Source of the DNA: a virus
DNA length: 64,000 bases
Strand: one strand, 5' to 3'
Virus record (IMG/VR): IMGVR_UViG_3300007541_000016
Location: 1-64,000 of that record
This document shows, in pieces, positions 10,362-23,100 of this stretch (its first letter is position 1; each line of letters opens with the position of its first letter). The notes under the pieces were generated by a model. The model did no database searches, was not told the DNA's origin, and saw only the letters and a program-made list of their open reading frames with translations. The position numbers and the translations under genes were made by a program.

Positions 10362-10402
10362 TCAAGTGTGGAGGGGTTCTTCTCCACACTTGATTTATTT
10401 TT
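10362..10402 (+). terminator. Rho-independent terminator
   Basis: Perfect 12-bp stem TCAAGTGTGGAG/CTCCACACTTGA, 8-nt loop, then TTTATTTTT. Confidence 0.85.
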
Positions 10403-10410
10403 AAGGAGAT

Positions 10411-11193
10411 TTGATGTCCGACACTGGAGCAAATATACAATTTACTAGTTTTTCTACAGGAACAGTTATTCCTTCAGATATCGACATTGCGAAGATAGAT
10501 AGAGTTGGAAGAATCCAGGCATATGAAAATGGTTCCAACAAATATAGAAGAGATAAAAATCTTCCAGATCCATTTTCTAATATGTCATTTGCCGGAGTGG
10601 ATATTACTGCAACTTTAGTAATACCAGATATACTAGAAAATGGAGATATAGCAACCGAGGGGGATATAATAGAAGTTGCAGAACTGCAAACCATATCTTA
10701 TTCTATACACAGAGAAAATACCCCCGTAAGAACCCTTGGCCACGTAAATCCCAGAGGCTTTGTTAAGGGCCCAAGAACCATAGCTGGATCATTGATATTT
10801 ACAGTCTTTAACGAGTACGCCTTCTACAGAATTAAGCAGTTTAAAAGAAAGTTAGCACTATTGGGTTACGCACCACTTGCTGACATGCTGCCTCCATTTG
10901 ATGTAGTTTTAACCTTCTTTAACGAGTATGGTTTGTATGGTAAAATGAAAATATACGGATTGACAATAGTTGACGAAGGGCAGACCATGTCTGTTGACGA
11001 CCTAATAACAGAACAAACATATACGTACATGGCGCGAGGAATACAGCCATTAATACATTATGATCCAACAGATGATTTTACTTATCCAGATGACATTGAG
11101 AAAGATGTCAACTCTAAAAAGATATCAGAAGAATTTTTTGGAAATAAACTTAATGAATACAGAAACGTAATTGATAAAATACAGAAATTATAG
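10411..11193 (+). CDS. tail-tube-fold paralogue (tube initiator-like); start may be ATG 10414
   Basis: Clear similarity to 9639..10328 (SFAGVDI, ISYSIHRE, RTIAGSLIFTVF, LPPFDV). Confidence 0.7.
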   Translation: MMSDTGANIQFTSFSTGTVIPSDIDIAKIDRVGRIQAYENGSNKYRRDKNLPDPFSNMSFAGVDITATLVIPDILENGDIATEGDIIEVAELQTISYSIHRENTPVRTLGHVNPRGFVKGPRTIAGSLIFTVFNEYAFYRIKQFKRKLALLGYAPLADMLPPFDVVLTFFNEYGLYGKMKIYGLTIVDEGQTMSVDDLITEQTYTYMARGIQPLIHYDPTDDFTYPDDIEKDVNSKKISEEFFGNKLNEYRNVIDKIQKL

Positions 11194-11202
11194 GTAACTT
11201 TA

Positions 11203-12249
11203 ATGGCATCAAAAGATTTTAAAAGGCCCTACAGACCATTTAGCGGATATATTCCAGATGGTGTTATTTCCAGAAATGGAGTTGATAACGGTTATCCGTT
11301 TGCAGACGCATCGTTTGATCCACTTAATAAAGATATAGATTTAAAATGGGCTGGCAAATCCAGAGAAGATGCAAACTTTAGTTCATATTATGATTATTAT
11401 TTTTCTGGAGAAGATGTAAAAATATATATTGATGGACTATTTGATGTAAAAGATGAATTAGAAATAGCAAGCTTTGCATTTACAATTAGACAAGAGAAGC
11501 AACCTCTATATGGATTTTGGTCCTACAATTTCGACGCCATGATGTATGGCAGTAGAATTATTGCAGGTAACATGGCAATATACTCAAGATACCCAAGAAG
11601 AATGACTGAGCTTTTGGAAAAAGCAGCAAAGATAAGAACTGAAAGCGTTGGACAAAATCCATCCGAACATGTTAGAACTCTTCTATCAAACAACGCGGAG
11701 GGGCTAAATTCTGAAGATGAAAAAAATATACAAAAGTATTGGTCTAGATCGCAGCTAGACAGAATTGCAAATGATCCAGCTAACAATGGTCAATATGAGT
11801 CTTTTAATAAAAATATATTTAGTGCGCATCCTCCATTTAATTTAATTATATACTATGGAGTTCAAGAAAACGGTTTAACCACTAAGGGAGCACAGCAATC
11901 TTCTAACAACTTTAATCCAATAGACAATTACGACAGAATTTTGTCCACAGACTATAATACTAGATTAACAAAAGTAAATAATCAAAAAACACCTATGAAA
12001 ATAGTTTTACAAAACGTTCAACTATTAAGTATGGCTACTGGGTACGATACAACTGGAGCACCTCTTCAAGAGGGTTACGAATTTATAGCTAGGGATATGT
12101 ACTATACAATAGCTGATGATTCAACAAATCCTCTAGCTAATTTGGTTCAAGAAACACCAGTCTCTGGTGCGTCAACAAATTCTTCAACCAACACTCAAAC
12201 TAGCGGTGGTGGAGGAAGTGGAGGAGGACTTCCTTTTACTGTTAGATAA
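11203..12249 (+). CDS. tail-tube-fold paralogue (baseplate-tube junction-like)
   Basis: FSGEDV, FTIRQEKQPLYG, RIIAG, HPPFNL, YEFIARD echo the tube motifs. Confidence 0.6.
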   Translation: MASKDFKRPYRPFSGYIPDGVISRNGVDNGYPFADASFDPLNKDIDLKWAGKSREDANFSSYYDYYFSGEDVKIYIDGLFDVKDELEIASFAFTIRQEKQPLYGFWSYNFDAMMYGSRIIAGNMAIYSRYPRRMTELLEKAAKIRTESVGQNPSEHVRTLLSNNAEGLNSEDEKNIQKYWSRSQLDRIANDPANNGQYESFNKNIFSAHPPFNLIIYYGVQENGLTTKGAQQSSNNFNPIDNYDRILSTDYNTRLTKVNNQKTPMKIVLQNVQLLSMATGYDTTGAPLQEGYEFIARDMYYTIADDSTNPLANLVQETPVSGASTNSSTNTQTSGGGGSGGGLPFTVR

Positions 12250-12256
12250 TTTTAAA

Positions 12257-12285
12257 TTGATTTAATATAATAAATATGATAACAT
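12257..12285 (+). promoter_or_regulatory. sigma70-type promoter upstream of the chaperone genes
   Basis: TTGATT-17 nt-TAACAT with TG at the extended -10 position. Confidence 0.45.
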
Positions 12286-12321
12286 GTAGTGAAATACGTA
12301 TTTTAAACAGGAGAAAAAATA

Positions 12322-12834
12322 ATGGCAAATAAAAGACAGGTTAGTGTTTCAACTGAAACAGAATCGAACGAGCCACTAATTGGTGGAGATAATACAATTC
12401 TTTCAGAAGAAGACGCAGATAATGTTCAAATGATGGAGCAGATAGAAGACGGAAGAGATGTAGAAGATCTTCCTGATGAAGAAGAAATTTGGGACGGTGG
12501 CCCTACTGCTGGCATGATCAAAGTTTGGAAAGCAAAGCATGGAGAGGTATATGTTACTTCTATATCTTTTGATAAGCATGTTGTATGGAGAACTCTGAAC
12601 AGAATTGAATACAAGCAGTTAGTTAAAAAGATGGAGCAGCTGATTCAGTCTGGTCAACTATCTTCTGCGGAAGCAAACATGTGGAACGAAGAAGCTATAA
12701 CAGAGCTGTGCATTTTATACCCATCCTTTGACAAAGAATCATTAACAAAGGAAATGGCTGGTCTTCCTTCTTTGATAGCGCAAGAGGTTCTTGAGGCATC
12801 GGGCTTTGTTGCTCTAGAGGTAAGACAGTTATAA
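12322..12834 (+). CDS. tail assembly chaperone
   Basis: Acidic; WKAKHGEVY...WRTLNRIEYK...AGLPSLIAQEVLEASGF; lies between tube and tape measure. Confidence 0.65.
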   Translation: MANKRQVSVSTETESNEPLIGGDNTILSEEDADNVQMMEQIEDGRDVEDLPDEEEIWDGGPTAGMIKVWKAKHGEVYVTSISFDKHVVWRTLNRIEYKQLVKKMEQLIQSGQLSSAEANMWNEEAITELCILYPSFDKESLTKEMAGLPSLIAQEVLEASGFVALEVRQL

Positions 12835-12840
12835 TAAAAG

Positions 12841-13470
12841 ATGCTAGACTCAGAAATTGTTCTAGATTTAAAAAATAAATATGGCCCTATATTTACTATA
12901 GACATAAAGGGTCAAACTGTTGTATTTAGAGAGTTAACCTTCGCTGAGTTTGATTATATAGCACTTCTGCAGGAATCTTTAGACGGTTCAATGGTAGATT
13001 CTGAAGATAAGATTATTGAAATAGCAGTAGTATATCCTGAAAATTTTGATATAAACAGACTACAAGCTGGTATCGTCTCTTCTCTCGCTCAGGAGATACT
13101 AGACGCTTCTGGGTTTAGCAATCCAAAAACCGCTAAAGCTATATTGGACAAAAAAAGAAACGAGGCAATGCAGGTCAGAAGCTTAATGAAAGCCTTTGTC
13201 TTGGCTACTATATCTACATATAAGCCAGAAGATCTGGACGAAATGACATATTCTCAATTGGCTGAAAAAGTAGCTTTAGCTGAAAGAATTATAGAAATCA
13301 CCCAGAACATGCACGCAATTCAACCAAATGATCTAAAGCTAGAACTAATAGATCCGGAAGAAGAAGAAGAAAAGAAAAAGAGAACAGCAGCTAGGCACAA
13401 TGTGTCCAAGACGGAAGGTGCTGCACAATACGATGATCCTATTGCTCAAAAACTATGGGGAATGCAATAG
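12841..13470 (+). CDS. second tail assembly chaperone (paralogue)
   Basis: LKNKYGPIF...FRELTFAEF...AGIVSSLAQEILDASGF matches the upstream gene. Confidence 0.65.
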   Translation: MLDSEIVLDLKNKYGPIFTIDIKGQTVVFRELTFAEFDYIALLQESLDGSMVDSEDKIIEIAVVYPENFDINRLQAGIVSSLAQEILDASGFSNPKTAKAILDKKRNEAMQVRSLMKAFVLATISTYKPEDLDEMTYSQLAEKVALAERIIEITQNMHAIQPNDLKLELIDPEEEEEKKKRTAARHNVSKTEGAAQYDDPIAQKLWGMQ

Positions 13471-13488
13471 AATAAATTGGAGGTTTAA

Positions 13489-16400
13489 ATGATCAGAGAC
13501 AAAGGCCCACTATCAAGCCTTGGTCATGGCGTAACCTCTAGAGATATACCCTTAAACGAGCGGAGAAACAGAAGGGCCAAGTCCTAATTCTGGAGTAGTT
13601 TCCAAAGCCTTAAATGGACACCCCTTCCTAAGGTTCGTAGCAGCCAACGTAACGGCAGTAGTTGCTGCAACAGCAGCTAGTTCTTTAGTTAGAAAAGGTG
13701 GACTAAGACTAGCTAAAACAATAGATGATGCAGCAAGAATAGCTAGGCAGGACCGGAGTACAAAACTTCTCCACTAGAGCAGTAGAAAGCGTCGGTGAAC
13801 TTAGAAGAGTCCTAGACATGATGCAGGGCGTCTCTAGGACGATAGATGATGGCGTAGACCCTGATTATTTTTATAAAAATTTAGTATTAGAAACAGCTGA
13901 AGGCGGATTAACAACAGGGTATTCTGACGCAGCTAAAAACGCACGCTACGGCATGCACTTCACTAACGAAGAAATAAGAGCAGCAGGACAGGGCATAACC
14001 AAAGAGCCTCCAGCGATATGGTCTGCTAGGGATGACATACAGCAAAGAATGGTAAGCGTAGGTAGGAAACTACCTTATTTGCTTCCCGCAATGTATGCAA
14101 CGCAAAGAGGCGTTACAGATCCTTTATTTGGTAATAATAATCCAAACGATAAAGTTAAATGGTATAATCCAGTAGACGTTGTTGCAGATTTTGCTAAACA
14201 GTCTGTTATCAATACGTTTGGCGTTTTAGCTCCATTTGAAGCAGCTGGCGCAGCCACTACAACGGCAAGAAGATCCTTAGCAACATCACTGTACAGTGGG
14301 GCAAGCACTCCTTTCAAACAAAAAGTTCAAAAAGGTTTTGTTAATCTTGATACGATTTTAGGGGAAGTTGGTCACGATCTTTCTCAAGTAGTTAATAAAG
14401 TCATTAAAACATCAACCCAACTATCTGGAGCTTTTAATAAAGGAATAGAAACCGCAAGGCTTGATCAGCCTACACAAATGCAGGTCTTTAGAAACGTTAG
14501 ACAGGGACTTGCTGCCAACAGACAACAAATGACTCTAACACAAATCGCAAAGAGCGCTTTTCTTGGTGATCCAAATGTTCAAGGTCCGGGAAGATATGGC
14601 CTCATTGACACTATACCGACAATGCGTGGATTTAGAACCGGGTTTGCTGAGTTTCAAACAAGATTCAAGGTAATTGGAGAAGGTTACGACGCTTTAACTC
14701 AATCAATATCTAATGATAAAGCTTTAAAAAATATTTCAAAACATTTTGAAAGAAAATATCCAGACGCTGGAGATAGAGCTGAAGCAGCAGCAATAGCTTT
14801 TGGTAGAGTAAAGGAAGATATAGCTTTCCAGCATGGAAGTAGATTATCAAATTTCGTAGCAACAGTAGACGACTTAATGGCTGGCCATAATACGTATGGA
14901 TCAAGATATAGCACTAAAGACAGTAAGTTTTTTGAAGAACTATTAAGAAAAGAATTACGAGGACAGGTAGAACTTCATTTAAGAAATGAGGGAGTAACAT
15001 CGTCTGCAGCAAAACTTTTTGCTTCTCAAGCACAAGTAAAGAAGATACCTAGAGGAGGAGCAAGGTTAGAAACGTCTCAGGTATTTGGCTTTGGAAAAGA
15101 CGATATATTTAAAGAAGGTCCCGACTTCTTCAAAGAGATGGCCACACGTGCTGCTGGCATAAAAGGCTTAACAAATGAAAGCGGTTTAAGTGGAGATGTA
15201 ATTGAAAGAGCATTAAGAAACGCAAATAATGTTTTTTCAAATAAAGACTTTCAAAAAAATCTTAAAACAAAAATCACTGGTCAGTGGAAAACATTTTACG
15301 AGCAAAGCTTAGTCAATCATACTGGTGGAATACTAAAGCCCGAAAGAATGCTTTTAAGAGACTTTAATGGATCTTTAAATTCTTCTCAAAAAGAGTATCT
15401 ACAAAGAAAAGCTGCTAGCGTATTAGGTCTAAAACTTACAGACACAAATGGAAGAATGGTATCTAATGATATTGTTTCTAATCAACTAGCTAGAAACGGA
15501 TTAGATTCAAACAACTTTACATCGCTAAGGGCTTTCCTTTTAAATAATAAACAACTTACAAAACCAACCTTGTCTTCTGGATATAGTTTCCTAGGTTTAA
15601 GACCGGTATCTTTTGATGAAGCTAGAAATAGAGGATTTTTTAATTATCTTGACGAAAGACAAAACAGGATTCTATTAGATATAAATAGACAAATGGGCTT
15701 TAATGACCCAATATCTAAGTCAATAGGAAACTCCACAGTCAATGGACTTTATTCAAATAGGACCGGACAGTTAATAGATACAACCAAGCTTACTGGAACT
15801 GTTAGATCTTTAGGAAACTTTTTTGCAAGTGAATTTGAAATACCAATTGTCCACCTAAATGCAAACTCGCTCTTTGGTCTTGGGCAGATGCAAGACATGG
15901 CAAAAAAGGGACCATTGCATTTTGTCCCAGGTGGAACAGTACAGCCCTTTGGCGAGATAGCAAAAAATCAAGACGCAGAATTTTTTATATACGAAACTAA
16001 AAGATCTTTCCTTAGAAAAACAAAAGGTACAGTAACTGCTTACATAAATGATGGGGCAGAAACAGTCGCAAAGAAGCTTCCGGGATATTATAGGCCTGGA
16101 AATAACTTAAGCCAAGGATTTATTGGAAGGCAAGCAAAATACGCTTCTGGATTAATAGGTGAAGCAATGTCCGACATTAGGGCGGGCAGACCATTGTCTT
16201 TAAGTCAAAGAATTAAATCAAGACTAGACTTTGCAGACGAGCAACAAACGTCCATTTTCTCGCTTGCAAAAAGATTTGCAAGAAGAAAATCAGATATAAA
16301 TAATCCGACAGTAATAGCTGAATTATTACAAGAGAGAAAAACTAGATCAGGACTCAGATTAGACATTCAAGGAGAGGGTCCTACAGCAAGATTTTCCGTA

Positions 16401-19400
16401 TTTGATAGAAAAGGAAAACTAGTAGCTGATAATGAACAGGTTTTAGCATCAGCGAATAATTTATTTAGTGGTACATCTAAATATGGCTTTTCGGATAGAG
16501 TCATATCTGCGGTTGAACAGTCTGCAGATAGAGCAGGTAATAAAAATTTATTTAGATTTGTTGAAAGACAAGGAACTTCACCCAAAAGTGTATCAGGACT
16601 AAAAACTGTCCAACAAGCTATAGAGTTTGCTAAAGACTTAAAGTATACAGATAGAGAAGTAGTTTCTTTACCGTCTGCAGTAAGAAGTTCTTTTTCTAGA
16701 ATTGATGAAATATTACAGCAAGGCAACTTATTAGCAACTTCTCTTTCTGCAAATAGTTCGCCTAGCATCGGCACTAGATTAGACGAGCTAAAAAGCGAAC
16801 TTTTTAAATACCTTGGACTAAGAAACGCTGCCATTCAAAAAGCAGCTGGAGCAGTACAAGAAGATCCACTAATCAGAATAGTTAATACAATAACTGAACT
16901 TAGAAGATCAGGAGCAATATCTCCAACTCAAGTAGTTGAGGCTCAAGCAGCAGCACTTTCTACTTTGTTTAGCTCGTCGTCTTTTTCAACTTATTCGTCA
17001 AGATCTACGTCCTTACAAAACGCTACAGCAACACTATTTAAAATAGCAACAAGTGCAGAATCATCTAAGGATATAAAAAATTTATTATCTCCAATTTCAG
17101 ATGCTAATATAGCGTCTTTAACAACAAGCCTTAAAAGACCATTCTCAATTCCTGTTCCATTTTTTAGTAAACAATTTGGAGTAGCTCCGTATTCAACCTT
17201 AAATCAAAGACCAAATGCCTTAGGGTCCAATTCTGCAACTACGTTTATACCAACTTTTGGGACACAGTTTGGAAGAGATCCTTTTGCGGCAATAACGAGC
17301 GCTCTAGGTTTTACTACATATTCTAATCCTGAAGCTTTTTCTGGCTTATCTGTAATTCCTGGTCACTCCGTTGAAAGATTAAACAGATATTTTGGTACGT
17401 TAGGAATGCAGCTCGATGTTTCTAAGTACAAGAGTCCAGTAGATTTATATGTTAGAGGAATGGTTGGTAAAAGAGTACTGCCAATAGTTGCTGGAGGATC
17501 CGCTGCCTTAGCTGCAGATAGAACTATCGGTGGCTATATGAACGATAGAGATATTAATAATGAAAGAGTTTATTCTCCATATTTCTTAGGGGGAATAGCA
17601 ACTGGAGTTGTTGAAGCTCAATCAATTCTTGCGGGAGCAATTCCTGGCGGAATGTCTTATGATGAAAAAAGAGAAGAACTAACTGAGGGTGAAGTACCAA
17701 TTAGGCAAGGGCGTTTTTGGCCACTTGGAAACACTCCATTTAAGGGTGGAAAAATACAATACTACAGGCCTTCTTGGTATAGAAAACTTCAAGCTGGAGC
17801 AATGTTCACTTCGGATACGTATGGAAGTCCCGCAGAAAAACTTCTATACTATAATGATTTTTCTCCACTAAGACCATTAGATCCATATAAGTTTGAAAGA
17901 ACCCATTACAGCACAAGGCCATATCCTTTAACTGGAGAATACTTTACTGGACCATGGGGGCCGTTAACTTCTGTACTTAATTCAACTGTTGGAAAGGTAC
18001 TAAAACCTCAACAGACAATGCATGAAGAGCAACTTCAGGCTGGATTAGTTAATTATACTAGAGTTGGTCAATCTGGAGCTTTTGATACATCTGGATTTTT
18101 GCTTACTCAAAAGGGATCTCAAACATTAGCTAAGGATTATCCTTATATCTCTTCAGTCCAGGGAGAAGCATACGCGTTTAGTTCTTCTGGTTCTGTTAGG
18201 TCAGATTTATCTTCAATAGATGCAATAGCAAAAAATCAAAGCAACATTGCAGTTGGATCTGTCATAGGTGGAATTAACCAAAGCAATGTATCAGCCTCTG
18301 CTTCGCCTCTAAATACAGCTAATCAAGATATAGGGGAAAGAATATCTCTGCAAAACAGATTACTGACTAATGCAAGTTATGGAATACCAAAGTTGTCTGG
18401 TGCAGTTCCTCCAAGAATTGTTCCTACAGGTTCGCCATTAGAATATGGTGGACTGCCATTTCAAATTTCAGAATCAGCCTATAGAACTCAAGAACTATTG
18501 GGTATATATGGATTTATGAGTGCATCTTTGAGAGAAAAATTTGGATTTGGAGAGTCTGATTTCACTCCGCAAAGAAGCGTATTGCAGTCAGCATCAAAGG
18601 CATATGGAACAGGAAGGGCTTTCTGGGATTTAAACCTTGGTGGCATGGGTGACGTACCGCTTCCGGGGCAAGGTCCATTAGGCAACATAGAAATATCAGA
18701 AGTAATTAGACGTTTCATTCCTAAAGAAAGAACAAACGTTGATTATATCAACCCAATACAAAACAGAATGGGTCAACAATATCCGTTTCTTCCAGGACCA
18801 GATTATTTTATAAATTTTAAAGCAGGAGATCCATATACTAAAATTCAAGAAGGAGAGCTTAGGCTTCCTGGAATTGGATACGAAAGATTTAATACTCCTA
18901 GCTCAGACGAAACTGGTAGGTATGGTTTAATTGATCAATTTAATATCCTTGGAGATGTTGCTCCGTATTCTCCAGAATTTAGATCTCTTAATAGGCAGAT
19001 TAATTATAAAATAAGAACACCAGAAGAAAGAGCTAAAGTAGAAGAAACAAGAAGGCAAGTAGAAGAACAAACAACTAGAGAAGATTTTTCCCCATATCAA
19101 TATAGGTATTCTTCAGCCGAAGAAAAAGGAATGGGAAGAAGCAAATATTATTTGAATAGAGCAGCAGAATATGTTGCACATAGAGACACTATTTTTAATA
19201 CAAAGTTTGCACCAAAAAGAACAGCAGCGGAAGATTGGGAAAGACAGCATATATATGGAACTACATTTCCAGAATGGCAAAGACCATTTGAAAGTTTCAT
19301 ATCTCCAATGATATATAAGGCTACGCAAAGAAATCCTCTACTTGGAGCATCTGTTGTTGGAGCTCTTGGTTCTGCATTTGGTGCAACGCCCAGGGCAAAA

Positions 19401-20156
19401 ATTGTTGGATCTTTTCTTGGAGCAGTAGCTGGAGCAGCTGCTGGAACTTATGGAAATGTAACTGAAGCAATTACTGGAGAAAGGTTTATTCCACAAGAGC
19501 GAAAGAAGCAAATGGCATTAGAGGAATATGTTGATATATTAACGTATACAAAAAATATGTCCATAGCTTCACAGGCACAGCAGGCTGGAGATATGGAAAC
19601 TGCAAGAAAATATAAAACTGCAGCTGGAAGAACTATGTATGGAGCCGATATATATGGAGCATCTGTAGAAACTTTATCTTTAGCAATACCAAAAAGAAAA
19701 AGAGAGCACTTTAAAGAAATGCTCAATGCCCCAGCTGAAGAAAGAGAAAGAATACTTTCAACTGCTCCAAGATTGGAAAGAAGAATATTTGAAGCAGCTT
19801 GGGGTATGAAAGTAGAAAAGAAACCAGACTTAGCTGAATACTTTAGTAACCGAGAACTTCCAGGGCCGGAATGGGAAGGTTGGCATCCAAACACAAACAT
19901 GGAGCACGTAAAGATAAAGATAGGTCAATCAATGGGTATAGAGATGTCTCAAATGGGTTACTATCCTCAGCAGATAAAAGAAGCAAATCTAGTTAATCCT
20001 AGTTATCCAACAATGCTTTCTATGTCAGGCGGTTCTGACACTAGAGCAAAACTAAGAAGATTAATGCTAGATATGGGAGTTGACGGATCCGTTACTCCAG
20101 TATTTACTCCGTTTCCAGGAGAATCAATAGATATGTCAGTAGGAGTTAGAGCCTAA
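13489..20156 (+). CDS. tape-measure-like protein, ~2221 aa, needs two +1 shifts (C skipped at 13561 and 13754)
   Basis: GGAGG RBS at 13479 and ATG 13489; segments 13489-13560, 13562-13753 and 13755-20156 are each stop-free; follows the chaperones; Ala/Gly-rich hydrophobic stretches. Confidence 0.7.
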
Positions 20157-23100
20157 TGGTAGCGAGAAGACCAATAAATCCTGGTAATATATCTTTATCA
20201 ATTGATAGCATTTTATCAAGATATGGCGATCAAGATATTGGAAAAGCAATATTAAAAAACTTAGTAGAACAAGGGCCATTAGGCGTTGGTAATGTTCTAA
20301 GACTAGAGGAAAGAGATATTCCAACAGTAGACGCATCTGGTGCAACTACTGGCACTAGACGAGCACTTCAGGTTATATTTAATCAAACAGGTCAAGCTTT
20401 TGATAGCCTAGAAGAAGCAATGAACATAGCTAATTCTAGGGGTATAGTTTCTTACTCCAGGCTTTCTAAGAATCCTGAAAATATGATCGGTAGGCAGCTT
20501 CCGTTTGGCGGTGTTCATTCAGATATGAGAAGAATTAATATGATCATTAAAAGAGCAAAGCTAAACCCTTCAGGAAAGGAAGCAAAAGACCTAAAGAGAC
20601 TAGGACTAGGTCAACTTATAGACGACGCAGAAATAACAACAAGGAATAGTCAAAGGGTCCTTTCTGAGTTCTTAGAAATAAGACCATCTACAGTCAAAGT
20701 GCCACTTGGTGGGAAAATTCAAGATTATTTAACCAACTTTACCAATCAAAGTGGAAGTTTAATGGGAACTCTTTTAGAGGGCGATGACGGTTTTACTTTC
20801 TATCAGTATTCTTTTCCAAATAAAGGCTTTCTTGATCAAGATCAAATTTTGAAACTAAGAGCTTACGCTGGTCTTCCAGAAATCGATACTCAAACTTTAA
20901 TTGACAGTTTAGCAAAAGGAGTTAGCGATAAAGGAATAGAATCAAAGGTAATGAAAATAGGAAAAAGACAAAAGGGTACATATTCTCCTAGGCAGCTGTC
21001 TGTTACTGAAAAAGGTCTATCAACATTTCTTCGAGCTGGTTTCACAGACATTGATGACTTTGCAAAGTCAGTACTAGTCGTTGATACTAGAGCAGAATTG
21101 CTATTGGCCGGACTATCTTCCAAGACTACCAATGCTAAAGTTAGCGGAAGACTAGCAGCGGCTTATAATAATTTAGATTATAATTTTTATGGCAATATAG
21201 GAATAGCGGAAAGAGATGCTCTTGAAACTTTTGGACAGGTTACGAAAGATTTAAACCAGTCTGATTATAATGAATTAGCTTCTATTTTAGACAAAGTAAA
21301 AGGAAGAGCTAATATAACAAAAGAATTTGAGAAAGCTGTTAAAAGTAGTAGTAATTTAAGCGACGATGTTAAAAGTAGAGTTGAAATACTTCTATCAAAA
21401 ATGGAAGTACAAGTAGATGGTGCACTTAGAGGATCTAGAGAATATTTTGATAAGTACGCAGCAAATTTACAACAAACTTATGATCGTTTAAATACTAAAA
21501 GAACAAATTTAACGGCCACAGAATCAGAACTTAGACGTCTAGATGATATTGAAAAAACATTAAGGTCATTTGCCAAAATGGGAAAAGATGGCAAGTGGGT
21601 TACTGATGAATCTTTATATGGAATGACGGCCAGAATAAACTTTAACGAAGCAAATCAAACGCCACAAGCAAAAGGTAGACTTGGTTTTGTTGATAATATA
21701 GTGACAAAAAGCGGAAAAGCATATGCGTTTATAACTCCTGACGTTAACATTAAAAGAGAAACATCATTAGCTCAAGGTATATTCTTAGACGTTTTAGGTA
21801 GAGACAAGGGAATTGAAAAAATTATAGCACCGGATATTCAAAGCTTAATTCAATACTCTTCATCTTTTTTAGACATAGACGAACTTACAGGAACTGCGGC
21901 AGTGCCTAAAGTAACTCAAGTGTATATACAGCAACAACTTCAGGAAATGCAAGAAATACTTAGCTCAAAGATAGTTCCATTAGATGTTATAGATTCAATA
22001 GTTCAAAAAATGGAAACTTCTACAGAAGCAGCTTTTAATCAAACATATAGAGCAAGCAAAAGAGGAAGTCAATTAACTCATCAAATGGCAGTTAAAGAAA
22101 TGAGAGATGCGCTTTTTAGTGGAAGATGGGAAAATAATCCGCAAGTTTTAAATGCTATATTTAATGAATATATTAGCCGAACCTATAATGTTAAAGCAGT
22201 CCAATCAAGTGGAAGAACAAAAACATTTGTAATACCAAAAACTCCGGATCTCTTTAGATTTGACATAGAAAGCGAAGCATCATCGCTAATGGGTACAGAC
22301 GCTACTAGGCTTTTAAACTTTGCTGGTAGAGACATAGACAAAATACAACTAGATGGCGCAACAGCTAACATAGAATTGCCAGTAACTAGAATTAAAGATC
22401 ATAGAATGCTATTTTCTGCAATGAACTCAGTTAAATATCAAGCAGCTCATGGTGGTTTCGACTTTGACGACAAAGGCATGCCAAGCTTAAGGTCCTATGT
22501 TGATACTGGAAGTGGAGAAAGAAGATTAGCATTATTTGCATTCAGGCAGCCTCCCAGCATCGCAGAGTATACAGTTAATTCTTTCATAAAAGATCAAGAC
22601 ACACTTATGGCTTTGTTTGGTCATAATCAAAAATTTATGGATAGCTTCAGGACATTAGCAGAAGAAGATGCAGAAGCAGCAGAACTTTTAAGGTATATGG
22701 AAATGACTCCTACAGACAAAAAATCTGGAAGAGAATTTGCAAAACTTCACGCAAAATATGCAGGAGTTCAAGTATCGCCACAAGATATTAAGGCTGGTAA
22801 TTATTTTGGAAGTATAGCCTCGGGTGCGGCTGATGAGGCAGTATTTAGAGGAGGCCAAGTTCAGGCAGATAGAGTTTTAATATCTGCTTACGAAAGAACT
22901 TATGGTACAGCTCCAACAGAACTTGCAGGCTTTGTAAAAAGGGCTTTAATTAGGACTAAGTCAGGATCTCCAATGGTGCTTGATGAAGAAGCTTTTAGAA
23001 AACTTAATACAGCAGATAAGCTAGAAGCAGCTCCACATTATATTCAAGGAAAAGTATTTAGATTATTTGCGGACTCAAAAGAAGTTCCATTTTCAGCTGA

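Noticed and set aside
12820-12845. Lambda G/GT-type frameshift or readthrough joining the two chaperones
   Set aside because: The ORFs are in frame but separated by two tandem stops (TAA TAA), there is no slippery heptamer, and the second is a full paralogue with its own ATG
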